64,000 bases of DNA. It comes from Candidatus Avibacteroides excrementipullorum (GTDB lineage Bacteria; Bacteroidota; Bacteroidia; Bacteroidales; Bacteroidaceae). The position numbers were made by a program, and so were the translations under genes. Below are positions 50,184-59,078 of this stretch, piece after piece (positions within the stretch are counted from its first letter, which is position 1; every line of letters starts with the position of its first letter). Below the pieces are notes generated by a model. It saw only the letters and a list, made by a program, of their open reading frames with translations. It was not told where the DNA came from and did not search any database. The DNA is taken from assembly GCA_018711405.1 (NCBI GenBank), contig DVIH01000088.1, positions 26,633 through 90,632 on the forward strand, written 5' to 3'.

Positions 50184-51029
50184 ATGGACAACCAGCGAAA
50201 CATGACAGCTCCCGGACCCATAGGCATATTCGACTCCGGCTATGGAGGCCTGACAATACTCCACAAGATAAGGGAAAAAATGCCACAATACGACTATATA
50301 TATCTGGGCGACAACGCCCGCGCACCATACGGCCCTCGCTCGTTCGAGATAGTCTACAGATTCACACTCCAGGCGGTGGAAAAACTCTTCAGCATGGGAT
50401 GCCACCTCGTGATACTCGCCTGCAACACCGCATCGGCAAAAGCATTGAGAAGCATACAGCAACACGACCTGCCGCTCATAGACCCGGCCAGAAGAGTACT
50501 CGGAGTAATCCGCCCCACAGTGGAAGCCATAGACGGCATGACCCGGACGGGACATGTGGGAGTCCTCGCCACATCGGGCACGGTGAAATCGCAATCGTAT
50601 GCCCTCGAAATACACAAACTCTACCCCGACATCACCGTGACAAGCCTGGCATGTCCCATGTGGGTGCCGCTCATAGAGTATGGAGAATATGAAAACGAAG
50701 GGGCAGACTTCTTCATAAAAAAATACATAGATGCCATATTCGCACAAGACAACCTCATCGACACGCTCATACTGGGATGCACGCACTACCCCATCGTGGC
50801 AGACAAGATAAAAAGACACCTGCCCGGCGGAGTACGTCTGGTGCAACAGGGAGAGCATGTGGCCGAAAGCCTGGCAGACTATCTGAAGAGACATCCCGAT
50901 ATGGACAGCAAATGCACCAAAAACGGACACACGCAGTTTTTCACCACAGAAAACGAAGAAAAATTCGCCGAATCGGCATCCGTTTTCCTCAAAACAGAAA
51001 TCAACGTCAAAGGCATAGAACTGGAATAG
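50184..51029 (+). CDS. murI: glutamate racemase
   Basis: 281 aa. Motifs FDSGYGGLT, LACNTAS and GCTHYP contain the two catalytic Cys. Confidence 0.95.
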   Translation: MDNQRNMTAPGPIGIFDSGYGGLTILHKIREKMPQYDYIYLGDNARAPYGPRSFEIVYRFTLQAVEKLFSMGCHLVILACNTASAKALRSIQQHDLPLIDPARRVLGVIRPTVEAIDGMTRTGHVGVLATSGTVKSQSYALEIHKLYPDITVTSLACPMWVPLIEYGEYENEGADFFIKKYIDAIFAQDNLIDTLILGCTHYPIVADKIKRHLPGGVRLVQQGEHVAESLADYLKRHPDMDSKCTKNGHTQFFTTENEEKFAESASVFLKTEINVKGIELE

Positions 51030-51058
51030 GAAAAAGCCGCACAAACCATCGGGGAAAA

Positions 51059-51141
51059 GATGGCGCACATCTCCGGCAAAGATGTAGGACATCTTCGGGC
51101 AAGATCGAGCCGATCCCGGGCGAAGATGGCGCACATCCCCG
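51059..51141. repeat. 22-nt-phased intergenic repeat array E (4 units)
   Basis: Cores are at 51059 GATGGCGCACATC, 51081 GATGTAGGACATC, 51103 GATCGAGCCGATC and 51125 GATGGCGCACATC. Linkers are tccggcaaa, ttcgggcaa and ccgggcgaa. Confidence 0.9.
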
Positions 51142-51170
51142 CGGAAGACAGAAAACACCTGAGCAGGCGC

Positions 51171-51203
51171 ATAAAAAAGGCAGGGGCTTGCGCAGCCCCC
51201 GCC
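51171..51203 (-). terminator. putative intrinsic terminator after the LRR/GLUG gene
   Basis: GGCAGGGGCT (51179-51188) pairs with AGCCCCCGCC (51194-51203). This is a 10-bp stem with one mismatch and a 5-nt loop. On the minus strand it is followed by T6 (plus-strand A6 at 51173-51178), 29 nt past the stop. Confidence 0.6.
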
Positions 51204-51231
51204 TCAGAAAATAACCCTAAAGATTACATGC

Positions 51232-53319
51232 TCATCTCACAACAACCTTATTAACCACATCTGCCGTGACAACGATGTAAACTCCACCGTCTACGGCTAT
51301 CTTAGCATCCAATCCTTCATATACCTTAGTGCCATCTGCCGCATATATCCTGACAAGCCCGGTTGCATTTTCCACTACTATGGCACAGTCTGCCGCATAT
51401 ACACGCACGGCCTCATCGCCTGTCATGCCTATGCCTATCTTCTCCCACTGCGCATAGAGAGTAATGTCGCTTTCCAGCACGGCATTGTCTTCATACTGCG
51501 TGCCGCCTGTCTCGGCATCAAACCAGCCAAGAAACTCGTATTTGTCTTTCTCCGGTTCGGGCAATACGAAGTTCCCGCTGTTGGCATACATTGTGTCCAT
51601 CACGGCTGTGTCGGCCACCAGCTCTATGCGGTAAACCTTGTTTTCAACCGTAGAGTAAAGCACCGGCACCGTATCGGTACCTATCAGCTGCCCCCATGTG
51701 GCAGTGGTCTGTGCCGCCTGCAACCTGTAGGCCACCTCGCCTGACAGAAATTCGTCTTCGGTCATGGCTGTGATGCTGTCATTACCTGCATATCCGTTCA
51801 CGCAACCGTCCAAGTAGAATGTTGATGACACTTTCTCCATACTTGCTCCGGTGAGTATCGGGTTGGCTTTTTCATCTGCGAGGGCAGACACCGTGCCATA
51901 GTTATAGCAATAGTTCAACTCTGAACCGTTGGTGGCGGAAAGGATTCCGGCAGCGAAGTAACCTTCTCCGGCGGAAGTCACATTACCGAGATTATAGCAG
52001 TTTTCGACCTTGCTGTAATCGGAAGATCCGCATATTGCGGCTACACTCATGTCACTTGTCACGTTGCCCAAGTTATAGCAGTTTCTCACCGAACCATAAG
52101 AATAACCGCAAACAGCACCGGCATTGGTTATGGACGAGAACCATACATCGGCCGTGCTATGGCTGTTTCTAAGGACTCCGGCAAAATTGGAACCGCACAG
52201 TCCGCCGCCCCACATGCTGCCCATTTCACCTTTCACGACAACCGTCCCTGCTATGCTGCAACTGTCTATAGTACCGTCATTGTACCCGCACAACGCACCC
52301 ATATCGCTATAGGCAGACACATAAGCATCTCTGATGCACAGATTTCTGATAGTACCCATGGAACCCATTTCGCCTATAAACCCCATCCTTGAGCCGTAAT
52401 CCTGCGAAATGTAAAGACCGCTTATGGTGTACCCCTTTCCGTCAAATACACCGGTATAGGCATAAGGTTTCTGCCCCACAGGTGTCCAAGCCTTAAGGTC
52501 CAAAGGATCGTTCTGCAACTCTCCTCCATCAAAGACCAGCTCGTTCATTACTATATCGTTCTGCAATTCGGCATAAAGCTCCGTCTCGCCATCATTGACC
52601 TTACCGGCAAACCATAACAGGTCATCGGCCGTGGAAAGTTCATACACCACATTGCCGAGATTGTCTTCATGCGAAGGAGGAGTGGGAATCACCGGTTCAG
52701 GTTCTTCTATGACAGGATAAAATGCTCCCCACCCCATATCCGACGCATATGTCATCTTACAGCCGAACGGCACTACAAGCACAGCCGCTTCAGAGCCGGA
52801 AAAGACATCAGAACCGAATCCTGAGGAAAGGACAGGCAATACAGGAGGCACGGTCGGCTTTGCGAAAACCGTATCCAAGGAACATTCTGCAAAAGCCAAC
52901 GAACCTATGCTTTTCGTCTTGGACGGAATGACTATGTCCGACAGTCCCCCGCATTTATGAAATGCTGCATCGCCGATATTTGACGTACCCTCGCCGAGCG
53001 TAGCATCGGTCAACGATATACATTCATAAAAAGCGCGTGCGCCTATTTCGGTTACAGTGGCAGGCAAAACCACTTGCGTCAGAACCTTGTTGCCGCTGAA
53101 AGCATCATCGCCAACAGCCGTCACGCTATATCCCTCCACCGTTTCGGGAACGGAAAGCACCGTAGCATCATTGCCATCTTCCAGCCCTTTAAGAGTCACA
53201 CTCGCCCCGTCTTCATTTACCGTATAGACGAGACCTTCATTTGTTATTTCAGTCTGTGCGCTGCATACCACAGATGCCAGCGGCAAGACAAAAACCGATA
53301 ATATGATATTAGTTCTCAT
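51232..53319 (-). CDS. surface protein: BspA-type leucine-rich repeats + GLUG-motif region + Listeria-Bacteroides repeat + T9SS CTD
   Basis: 695 aa with a signal peptide. N-terminal LRR_5-like repeats are AFSGNKVLTQVVLPATVTEIGARAFYEC. GLUG-like repeats are GALCGYNDGTIDSC and GAVCGYSYGSVRNCYNLGNVTS. The Flg_new-like motif YEFLGWFDAETGGTQY is present. The C-terminus VRIYAADGTKVYEG...GVYIVV looks like a T9SS CTD. Confidence 0.8.
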   Translation of the reverse strand: MRTNIILSVFVLPLASVVCSAQTEITNEGLVYTVNEDGASVTLKGLEDGNDATVLSVPETVEGYSVTAVGDDAFSGNKVLTQVVLPATVTEIGARAFYECISLTDATLGEGTSNIGDAAFHKCGGLSDIVIPSKTKSIGSLAFAECSLDTVFAKPTVPPVLPVLSSGFGSDVFSGSEAAVLVVPFGCKMTYASDMGWGAFYPVIEEPEPVIPTPPSHEDNLGNVVYELSTADDLLWFAGKVNDGETELYAELQNDIVMNELVFDGGELQNDPLDLKAWTPVGQKPYAYTGVFDGKGYTISGLYISQDYGSRMGFIGEMGSMGTIRNLCIRDAYVSAYSDMGALCGYNDGTIDSCSIAGTVVVKGEMGSMWGGGLCGSNFAGVLRNSHSTADVWFSSITNAGAVCGYSYGSVRNCYNLGNVTSDMSVAAICGSSDYSKVENCYNLGNVTSAGEGYFAAGILSATNGSELNYCYNYGTVSALADEKANPILTGASMEKVSSTFYLDGCVNGYAGNDSITAMTEDEFLSGEVAYRLQAAQTTATWGQLIGTDTVPVLYSTVENKVYRIELVADTAVMDTMYANSGNFVLPEPEKDKYEFLGWFDAETGGTQYEDNAVLESDITLYAQWEKIGIGMTGDEAVRVYAADCAIVVENATGLVRIYAADGTKVYEGLDAKIAVDGGVYIVVTADVVNKVVVR

Positions 53320-53325
53320 AAAGCT

Positions 53326-55482
53326 TTATTTTAATATTTTACATTTGTATATATTGCCATCCTCATCTTCGCAAGACAGTATGTAAAGACCGTCGGCAAG
53401 ATGGGAAATGTCTGCATATCCGGCATCACACGAAAACCTGAGCACTGCTTTGCCGTCGGAAGCGAACAATGCAGCCTCTTTCACCGAAATGCCGTTGAAT
53501 CTCAATATCCCGTCATGATAAAAGACCATGCCGCCTGCTATGGCAGACTCCACCGATTTCGCATCATCTATATACAATGCGTAATTCAGGATCTGGCTCA
53601 TAGTGTTGCCTGCGTCATCGGAAGCATCTATCTTCAAATCAAACCACCCGTTTGCGCTCTTGGCATCTATCCCGTCCAAAGAAGATGTATAATAATAACC
53701 GAAGACATATTCCCTGAACATATCTTCATGCTCGGTCAGCTTCAGTTCAGTCCATTCCTCAGTACCATTGGGACGATAATACAGTGTGAAAATGGCGGGA
53801 GTGGCCTTAAAGCAGTTGTCCGCATAGTTGAAATCCCCACCGGCGATACATATCTCGCCCTCATTGGTTTTCAAGCGGTAAGCCGGAAGTCCGGAGCCAT
53901 CATGGATCTGCAACATCTGGAGAGTGGGTGAAGAACAATCCTCGCTATCCAAATCGAAATTGAATACAGCCTCGCTTTCGGACTGTATCTCTCCATCGAT
54001 CAGCACATCCGAGTTTCTCAGGGTCAGTTCCATCCTTCCTTTTGCCAGTCCCGACATGAACAGTTCCGAGCAAAAGTCATAAATGCCTGTATACTCAATT
54101 CCGTCAGACAATAACTTGCCATCTCCCCTCAACTCAAAAGCGATGCCAGCGCCACCGGTCATAATTTCTCCATACTGTCCTATCCATGTGGGTGTCAGGA
54201 CAAACTGATACTCAGTCAATGCTGTCATAAGGCTGACAAAAGGTGCGGAGTCCATCATAACAGGAGCTTCGGCCAGTTCATCCTTTATGAAACTGAACTC
54301 CTCATGCGCCGGCAAAAATACGCAACTTCCGTCTTCCCGCATCTGGAATCCGGCATCACCATTCGCCGAATGTCCTGTGTTGACATATCTGACACGGCCT
54401 CCGGCTGTGACAAGATTGCCCGGACTGATGGTATTGAATATGATTGTGTCGCTATACACCATCCCGAATCCAAGATCATAGTTTTTCACAAAGTAGTCAT
54501 CCGCAAACGCGGCATTGGCTACCACGTCCAGACCTTGCCCTCCATCTGATTCTACATTATCCAAATACATGCCCACATTCCGTTTCACGGATTTGCTGTT
54601 GAGAATTAGACCAACATCCCTCAGTCCGCCCCACAGGATGTCGAGCCTTACTCCCGACCACATCAGAGTATGCTCACCGCTGTCGGGAGACACACCGAAT
54701 TGTTCTTCATGATAAACATATTCATCAGGATGGTTGGCAACCTCTTTGACAGATGTGCCTCTCGTAGACATCTTGTTGATGTAGTATTCGCCATCCTTTT
54801 CCGTCACACGTACCTGAGCCAATATGTATTTGTCGCTGACATTGCTTATTACAAAGTCGAAAGGATTGTCCAGTTCCGATCCTTCCGTATAATATATCCA
54901 ATCGCCGAAATATGTAGACACTACGCCATAGTCTTCATGGATGAGAAGCCTTTCAAGGAACATATAGTCGGAAGTGCCTTCCTCCATCACATTCCCGTTT
55001 GCATCCATCATGTCAGGGCGCATCAGCACTCCGTCCTTGTCATACCCGTTGAACACTACTTTGGTATCAGCATCGGCTGTGGAGAAAGACAAAGAAATAT
55101 CGCCCTTTACCTCTACGCCTTCCTTAATCACACAAGCCACAACCCTGTCTGCCCTATGACATTCATAATAGAAATCATAGACGCCTTCAGACAAGCGGAA
55201 CACCGGTTGTTCTCCGTTCATAAGGAATATCCGCTCAAAACAGTCGCCATTGTAAGCACTCAGATATGCCGAGACATCGTCTGCATCTTCTGTGGTTATG
55301 TCGCAAGTCACCACATACATGTTTTCGGCCGGAACACAATGTTTCTCCTGCGGTGAAGCCAGTTTCATCTCAGACAAGCGGACATTGCCGGCGCATTTCT
55401 GCTGCCATGATTCACTCCTCGTCTGGGCAGAGACTCCCGCTGCAAGCAAAACAGCAACAGCAAAACATAAGAATCTGTTCAT
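53326..55482 (-). CDS. large hypothetical secreted protein with T9SS CTD-like C-terminus
   Basis: It starts at MNRFLCFAVAVLLAAGVSAQ (signal peptide), 12 codons inside the listed ORF. I recognise no domain in the body. The C-terminus ...LADGLYILSCEDEDGNIYKCKILK is T9SS-CTD-like. Confidence 0.7.
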   Translation of the reverse strand: MNRFLCFAVAVLLAAGVSAQTRSESWQQKCAGNVRLSEMKLASPQEKHCVPAENMYVVTCDITTEDADDVSAYLSAYNGDCFERIFLMNGEQPVFRLSEGVYDFYYECHRADRVVACVIKEGVEVKGDISLSFSTADADTKVVFNGYDKDGVLMRPDMMDANGNVMEEGTSDYMFLERLLIHEDYGVVSTYFGDWIYYTEGSELDNPFDFVISNVSDKYILAQVRVTEKDGEYYINKMSTRGTSVKEVANHPDEYVYHEEQFGVSPDSGEHTLMWSGVRLDILWGGLRDVGLILNSKSVKRNVGMYLDNVESDGGQGLDVVANAAFADDYFVKNYDLGFGMVYSDTIIFNTISPGNLVTAGGRVRYVNTGHSANGDAGFQMREDGSCVFLPAHEEFSFIKDELAEAPVMMDSAPFVSLMTALTEYQFVLTPTWIGQYGEIMTGGAGIAFELRGDGKLLSDGIEYTGIYDFCSELFMSGLAKGRMELTLRNSDVLIDGEIQSESEAVFNFDLDSEDCSSPTLQMLQIHDGSGLPAYRLKTNEGEICIAGGDFNYADNCFKATPAIFTLYYRPNGTEEWTELKLTEHEDMFREYVFGYYYTSSLDGIDAKSANGWFDLKIDASDDAGNTMSQILNYALYIDDAKSVESAIAGGMVFYHDGILRFNGISVKEAALFASDGKAVLRFSCDAGYADISHLADGLYILSCEDEDGNIYKCKILK

Positions 55483-55505
55483 AGTCGTTTCCTTCTCCGT
55501 TCCTT

Positions 55506-56801
55506 TTATTGTTTGCAAATTTTACCAGACAATACTCTGTCACCTGCCTTTACATTATATATATATACGCCCGATGGGAAAAAAGACATGTCGGCTTCAG
55601 TACATTGGGCATTCAGCAGCACTTTGCCGGTCACATCGGAGATGACTATGGCAACGTCTCCCGAGAGTCCGCCTATGCTCAAGACATTGTTGTCGAACCT
55701 CACACCTGCATCTTCAGGCATGGCATCCTTTACCGAACTCCTGAGCAGCTTGTCGGCAACGTATACCCCGCCTTTGCTGTCATCCACATTGAACACCGTT
55801 GCGAAAATCTTGTCGTCAAGCATCGTGAGATTCCTGACCATCTGCGAATAGTAATCCACGCCACCGGCAGTGAGGTCTATAGGCAGACCTTCCGAATACT
55901 GCTTCCAGGTATAGCCCTCGTCAGTGGTGTAGATGACCCCTGTCTCCGTAGTTCCGGCATAGAGTATGCCTTGCTCCTCATCGCCTACCAAAGCCCAAGC
56001 ATTGTTGTCTCTCATGCTCAAAGCCCAGCCATTATCATCTTTTTCCGAATAGGTGGGCGGTGTCAATCTCTCCCAAATGAATATGTTGTTCACATCTGAG
56101 CGTTCCATAAACGGTTCGCGGCTCGCGCTGTATCCAACGAATACCCTGTCATTGAACAAGACTGAAGCTACGGCAAAAAACGTGTCCTCCTTTATCAATA
56201 TCCAATTATTCTCACTTTCATTGTAAATAAAGAAACCGTGTGAAGCTATGGCCAACAAGGCATCGTTTACAACTTCAAAGCACATCGTGTTACGTCCGTT
56301 GATAGTCCGATCATAATCTGCCGTCATGGACAACGTATCGGTAAGTACCCACTTTTCACCCATATTTTCCGTATAGACCACGCCGGAGCCATAAATGGAT
56401 GCGAAGACCTTGCCGTGATACTCTATCATGTCCCTTATCTCGCCCACCTCCTTGTCAAACAGGTTGTCGCACCGGAGCATTTCCCACGTCAACCCATCAT
56501 CATTGCTGCGTGCTATGCGTCCTTGCGTACCCCCGGCAAACAGATAGCCGCCTGCTTCGCAGAAAGCAGTGAAACGGTAGTCGGGAAGCTGAGTCTTTGT
56601 CCACGACTCACCTGCATCGGTACTGATATACAAGCCAGCCATCTCTACATCATACGAATATTCCGATACGAGGAGATTGCCGCCGCTTGTGGCGAAAATC
56701 GTAAATACCTCTCCTGTCGGAAAACTTGTCTTCTTCCACTGCGCATGAACTGCCGCAAAGGAGAAAAGAAGCACTGAAAACAATAAGTAAATCTTTTTCA
56801 T
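55506..56801 (-). CDS. BNR/Asp-box beta-propeller protein with T9SS CTD-like C-terminus
   Basis: It starts at MKKIYLLFSVLLFSFAAVHAQ. Asp-box-like motifs are STDAGESWTK, SNDDGLTWEM and TTDEGYTWKQ. The C-terminus is SDVTGKVLL...GVYIYNVKAGDRVLSGKICKQ. Confidence 0.75.
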   Translation of the reverse strand: MKKIYLLFSVLLFSFAAVHAQWKKTSFPTGEVFTIFATSGGNLLVSEYSYDVEMAGLYISTDAGESWTKTQLPDYRFTAFCEAGGYLFAGGTQGRIARSNDDGLTWEMLRCDNLFDKEVGEIRDMIEYHGKVFASIYGSGVVYTENMGEKWVLTDTLSMTADYDRTINGRNTMCFEVVNDALLAIASHGFFIYNESENNWILIKEDTFFAVASVLFNDRVFVGYSASREPFMERSDVNNIFIWERLTPPTYSEKDDNGWALSMRDNNAWALVGDEEQGILYAGTTETGVIYTTDEGYTWKQYSEGLPIDLTAGGVDYYSQMVRNLTMLDDKIFATVFNVDDSKGGVYVADKLLRSSVKDAMPEDAGVRFDNNVLSIGGLSGDVAIVISDVTGKVLLNAQCTEADMSFFPSGVYIYNVKAGDRVLSGKICKQ

Positions 56802-57072
56802 AATAACAGTAATATTTTGGTTTAACAATAGATTTATATGCTTTATTCGTTTCATTCACAAGGGGGCAGACAGGCAGGTTTCTGAAGATTATTAGAAACA
56901 CACCCAACCTTTAATATCACTAACCGTCCCTAAAGTTATCGAATATCACGAAAGGTTTTTCACCACCCCTGTCATATTTATGTATATTTAACACTATGCA
57001 ATCGGATTTAAATTCCACGGAAGAACTGCACAACAAATCATGCCTGAAGACATGAACTTACAATATAATCGC

Positions 57073-57080
57073 TATATTTG
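57073..57080 (+). promoter_or_regulatory. candidate -7 promoter element (TATATTTG) for the DUF2851 gene
   Basis: Exact TAnnTTTG match. It overlaps the TTG at 57078 that the ORF track uses as a start, which argues that the real start is downstream. Confidence 0.4.
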
Positions 57081-57113
57081 TTGAAAGATTGTAAAAGTAA
57101 AAAGACGACAACA

Positions 57114-58382
57114 GTGGAACATGTCATTCATTACATCTGGAAGCACAAGATACTGAAACCGGACCTTAGAACCACATCGGGAGAGAAAGTGGAAGTGATA
57201 GATCCCGGCAACTACAACCGGGATGAAGGTCCAGACTTCTTCAACGCGAAGATAAAAATAGGAAACACAGTGTGGGCCGGAAACGTGGAAATACACGAAA
57301 ACGCATCGGACTGGTACCGCCACAACCACCATAACAACAAGGCATACGACAACGTGATACTGCATGTGTGCCTGAACTGCGACTGCGAAGTGACAAGACC
57401 CGACGGCACTGCCATGCCGGCACTGAAGATAGAATGCCCGGAACATGTGAAACAGAACTATGACACGCTAAAAAGCAACGACATATTCCCCGCATGCCAC
57501 ACCGTGATAGAAAAAATCCCGCACATCATGCGTCGCAGTTGGCTCACATACCTGCAAAGCGAAAGACTCGAACAGAAAGCCGGAGCCATAAGCACCATGC
57601 TGGAAAAACAGCACGGAAACATGGAAGACACCTTTTTCATAATGCTGTCGCGCAACTTCGGATTCGGTGTCAACAACGACGCATTCCAGCAATGGGCGGC
57701 ATCGCTCCCGTTGCGAGCCGTAGACAAACACCGGGACAACCTGATGCAGGTGGAAAGCATCTTTTTCGGAATGGCAGGACTGCTCGATGCAGCCGATGGA
57801 GATCCTTACCGCGACAGACTGAAAGAAGAGTTCGCATATCTGTCGCACAAATTCTCGCTCGCCGTCCCCGCCCCCCCGCAATGGAAACTGCTGCGCATGC
57901 GCCCCGACAACTTCCCGCACATCAGGATAGCAAGGTTGGCAGCCATATATCACGCCCATGCCAACCTGTTCTCACGCTTCATGACGGCAAGCTATCCGGA
58001 GGGGATGCAGGAACTGCTCGATGTGAAACTGTCAGACTACTGGGACACACATTACACTTTCGGCCGCGAAACGGGAAACAGCCGCCGACACGTGAGCCGC
58101 CAAACCATAGACCTCATAGCCATAAACACCATAGTGCCGTTCATGTACGTATACGGCAAACAGAAAGGAGCGGAAGACACCGATGCGAAAATAGAGAAAA
58201 TCACGGAAGCCATCCCGCCGGAAAACAACCACATCACCCGCTCATGGAGCAAGACAGGCATAGCCATAGACAACGCAGCCGACTCGCAAGCCATAATACA
58301 ACTGACAAAAAACTACTGCATGCAGAGAAAATGCCTCTTTTGCAGATTCGGATACGAATTTTTGAAACACAAGGAATCATGA
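57114..58382 (+). CDS. DUF2851 family protein
   Basis: The N-terminal HYIWKHKIL and C-terminal CLFCRFGYEFLK motifs are typical of DUF2851. The start is uncertain. The in-frame GTG at 57114 is favoured because the listed TTG at 57078 lies inside the promoter motif. Confidence 0.75.
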   Translation: MEHVIHYIWKHKILKPDLRTTSGEKVEVIDPGNYNRDEGPDFFNAKIKIGNTVWAGNVEIHENASDWYRHNHHNNKAYDNVILHVCLNCDCEVTRPDGTAMPALKIECPEHVKQNYDTLKSNDIFPACHTVIEKIPHIMRRSWLTYLQSERLEQKAGAISTMLEKQHGNMEDTFFIMLSRNFGFGVNNDAFQQWAASLPLRAVDKHRDNLMQVESIFFGMAGLLDAADGDPYRDRLKEEFAYLSHKFSLAVPAPPQWKLLRMRPDNFPHIRIARLAAIYHAHANLFSRFMTASYPEGMQELLDVKLSDYWDTHYTFGRETGNSRRHVSRQTIDLIAINTIVPFMYVYGKQKGAEDTDAKIEKITEAIPPENNHITRSWSKTGIAIDNAADSQAIIQLTKNYCMQRKCLFCRFGYEFLKHKES

Positions 58383-59032
58383 ACAGAAAACATCTCGAAG
58401 TAAAAAGGATAAACGCCGGACACACTGATCCGGCACACATCCATGACCTGCTGGAGCAGGAAAACACAGGCTGGAACATGATAGACACCGTGAACTGGCC
58501 GGAATACCCCTACAAACCCGATGTCAGATTCCGCATGGCACACAACGGCAAAGCCATAATGCTGGAATATGAAGTAAACGAAAAGACATCGAAAGCCGAA
58601 TACGGCAAAGACAACGGCAAAGTATGGACAGACTCATGCGTGGAATTTTTCACCGGCATAGGCGGAGACGGCATCTACTACAATCTGGAGGCCAACTGCA
58701 TCGGCACCGTGCTGCTCGGCATGGGTCCGCAAAGGGAAGGCCGGGAAAGAGCCGAAGAAGAAACCACATCGCTCATCGGGAGGCATTCCACTTTGGGCAA
58801 AGAGACTTTCGCCGAACGGGAGACAGGCCTGTGGCGGCTCTCCCTCCACATACCGGTCGAAGCATTCTGCAAACACCGCATTGCCGACCTTTCGGGCATT
58901 ACGGCAGGAGCCAACTTCTACAAATGCGGCGACGGACTGAGCCGCCCGCACTTCCTGTCGTGGAATCCCATCAATGCCGCAAAACCAGACTTCCACCGCC
59001 CCGACTTTTTCGGCACGATACAGTTTCTCTGA
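58379..59032 (+). CDS. carbohydrate-binding family 9 (CBM9/DOMON)-like protein
   Basis: This is the last 217 codons of the 512-aa ORF listed at 57494-59032. The ATG at 58379 overlaps the DUF2851 stop (ATGA). The sequence MNRKHLEVKRI...WPEYPYKP...YYNLEANCIGT...FYKCGD resembles CBM9-like proteins commonly annotated next to DUF2851. Confidence 0.65.
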   Translation: MNRKHLEVKRINAGHTDPAHIHDLLEQENTGWNMIDTVNWPEYPYKPDVRFRMAHNGKAIMLEYEVNEKTSKAEYGKDNGKVWTDSCVEFFTGIGGDGIYYNLEANCIGTVLLGMGPQREGRERAEEETTSLIGRHSTLGKETFAERETGLWRLSLHIPVEAFCKHRIADLSGITAGANFYKCGDGLSRPHFLSWNPINAAKPDFHRPDFFGTIQFL

Positions 59033-59078
59033 CACACCCGCACAGCGCCATTCCGGGAGCGAAAAGACACCCGCCCGG

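Noticed and set aside
57494-58378. N-terminal 295 codons of the 512-aa ORF 57494-59032.
   Set aside because: This part overlaps DUF2851 in another frame. Its translation is Arg/His/Pro-rich and featureless. Only the part from the ATG at 58379 looks like a real (CBM9-like) protein.
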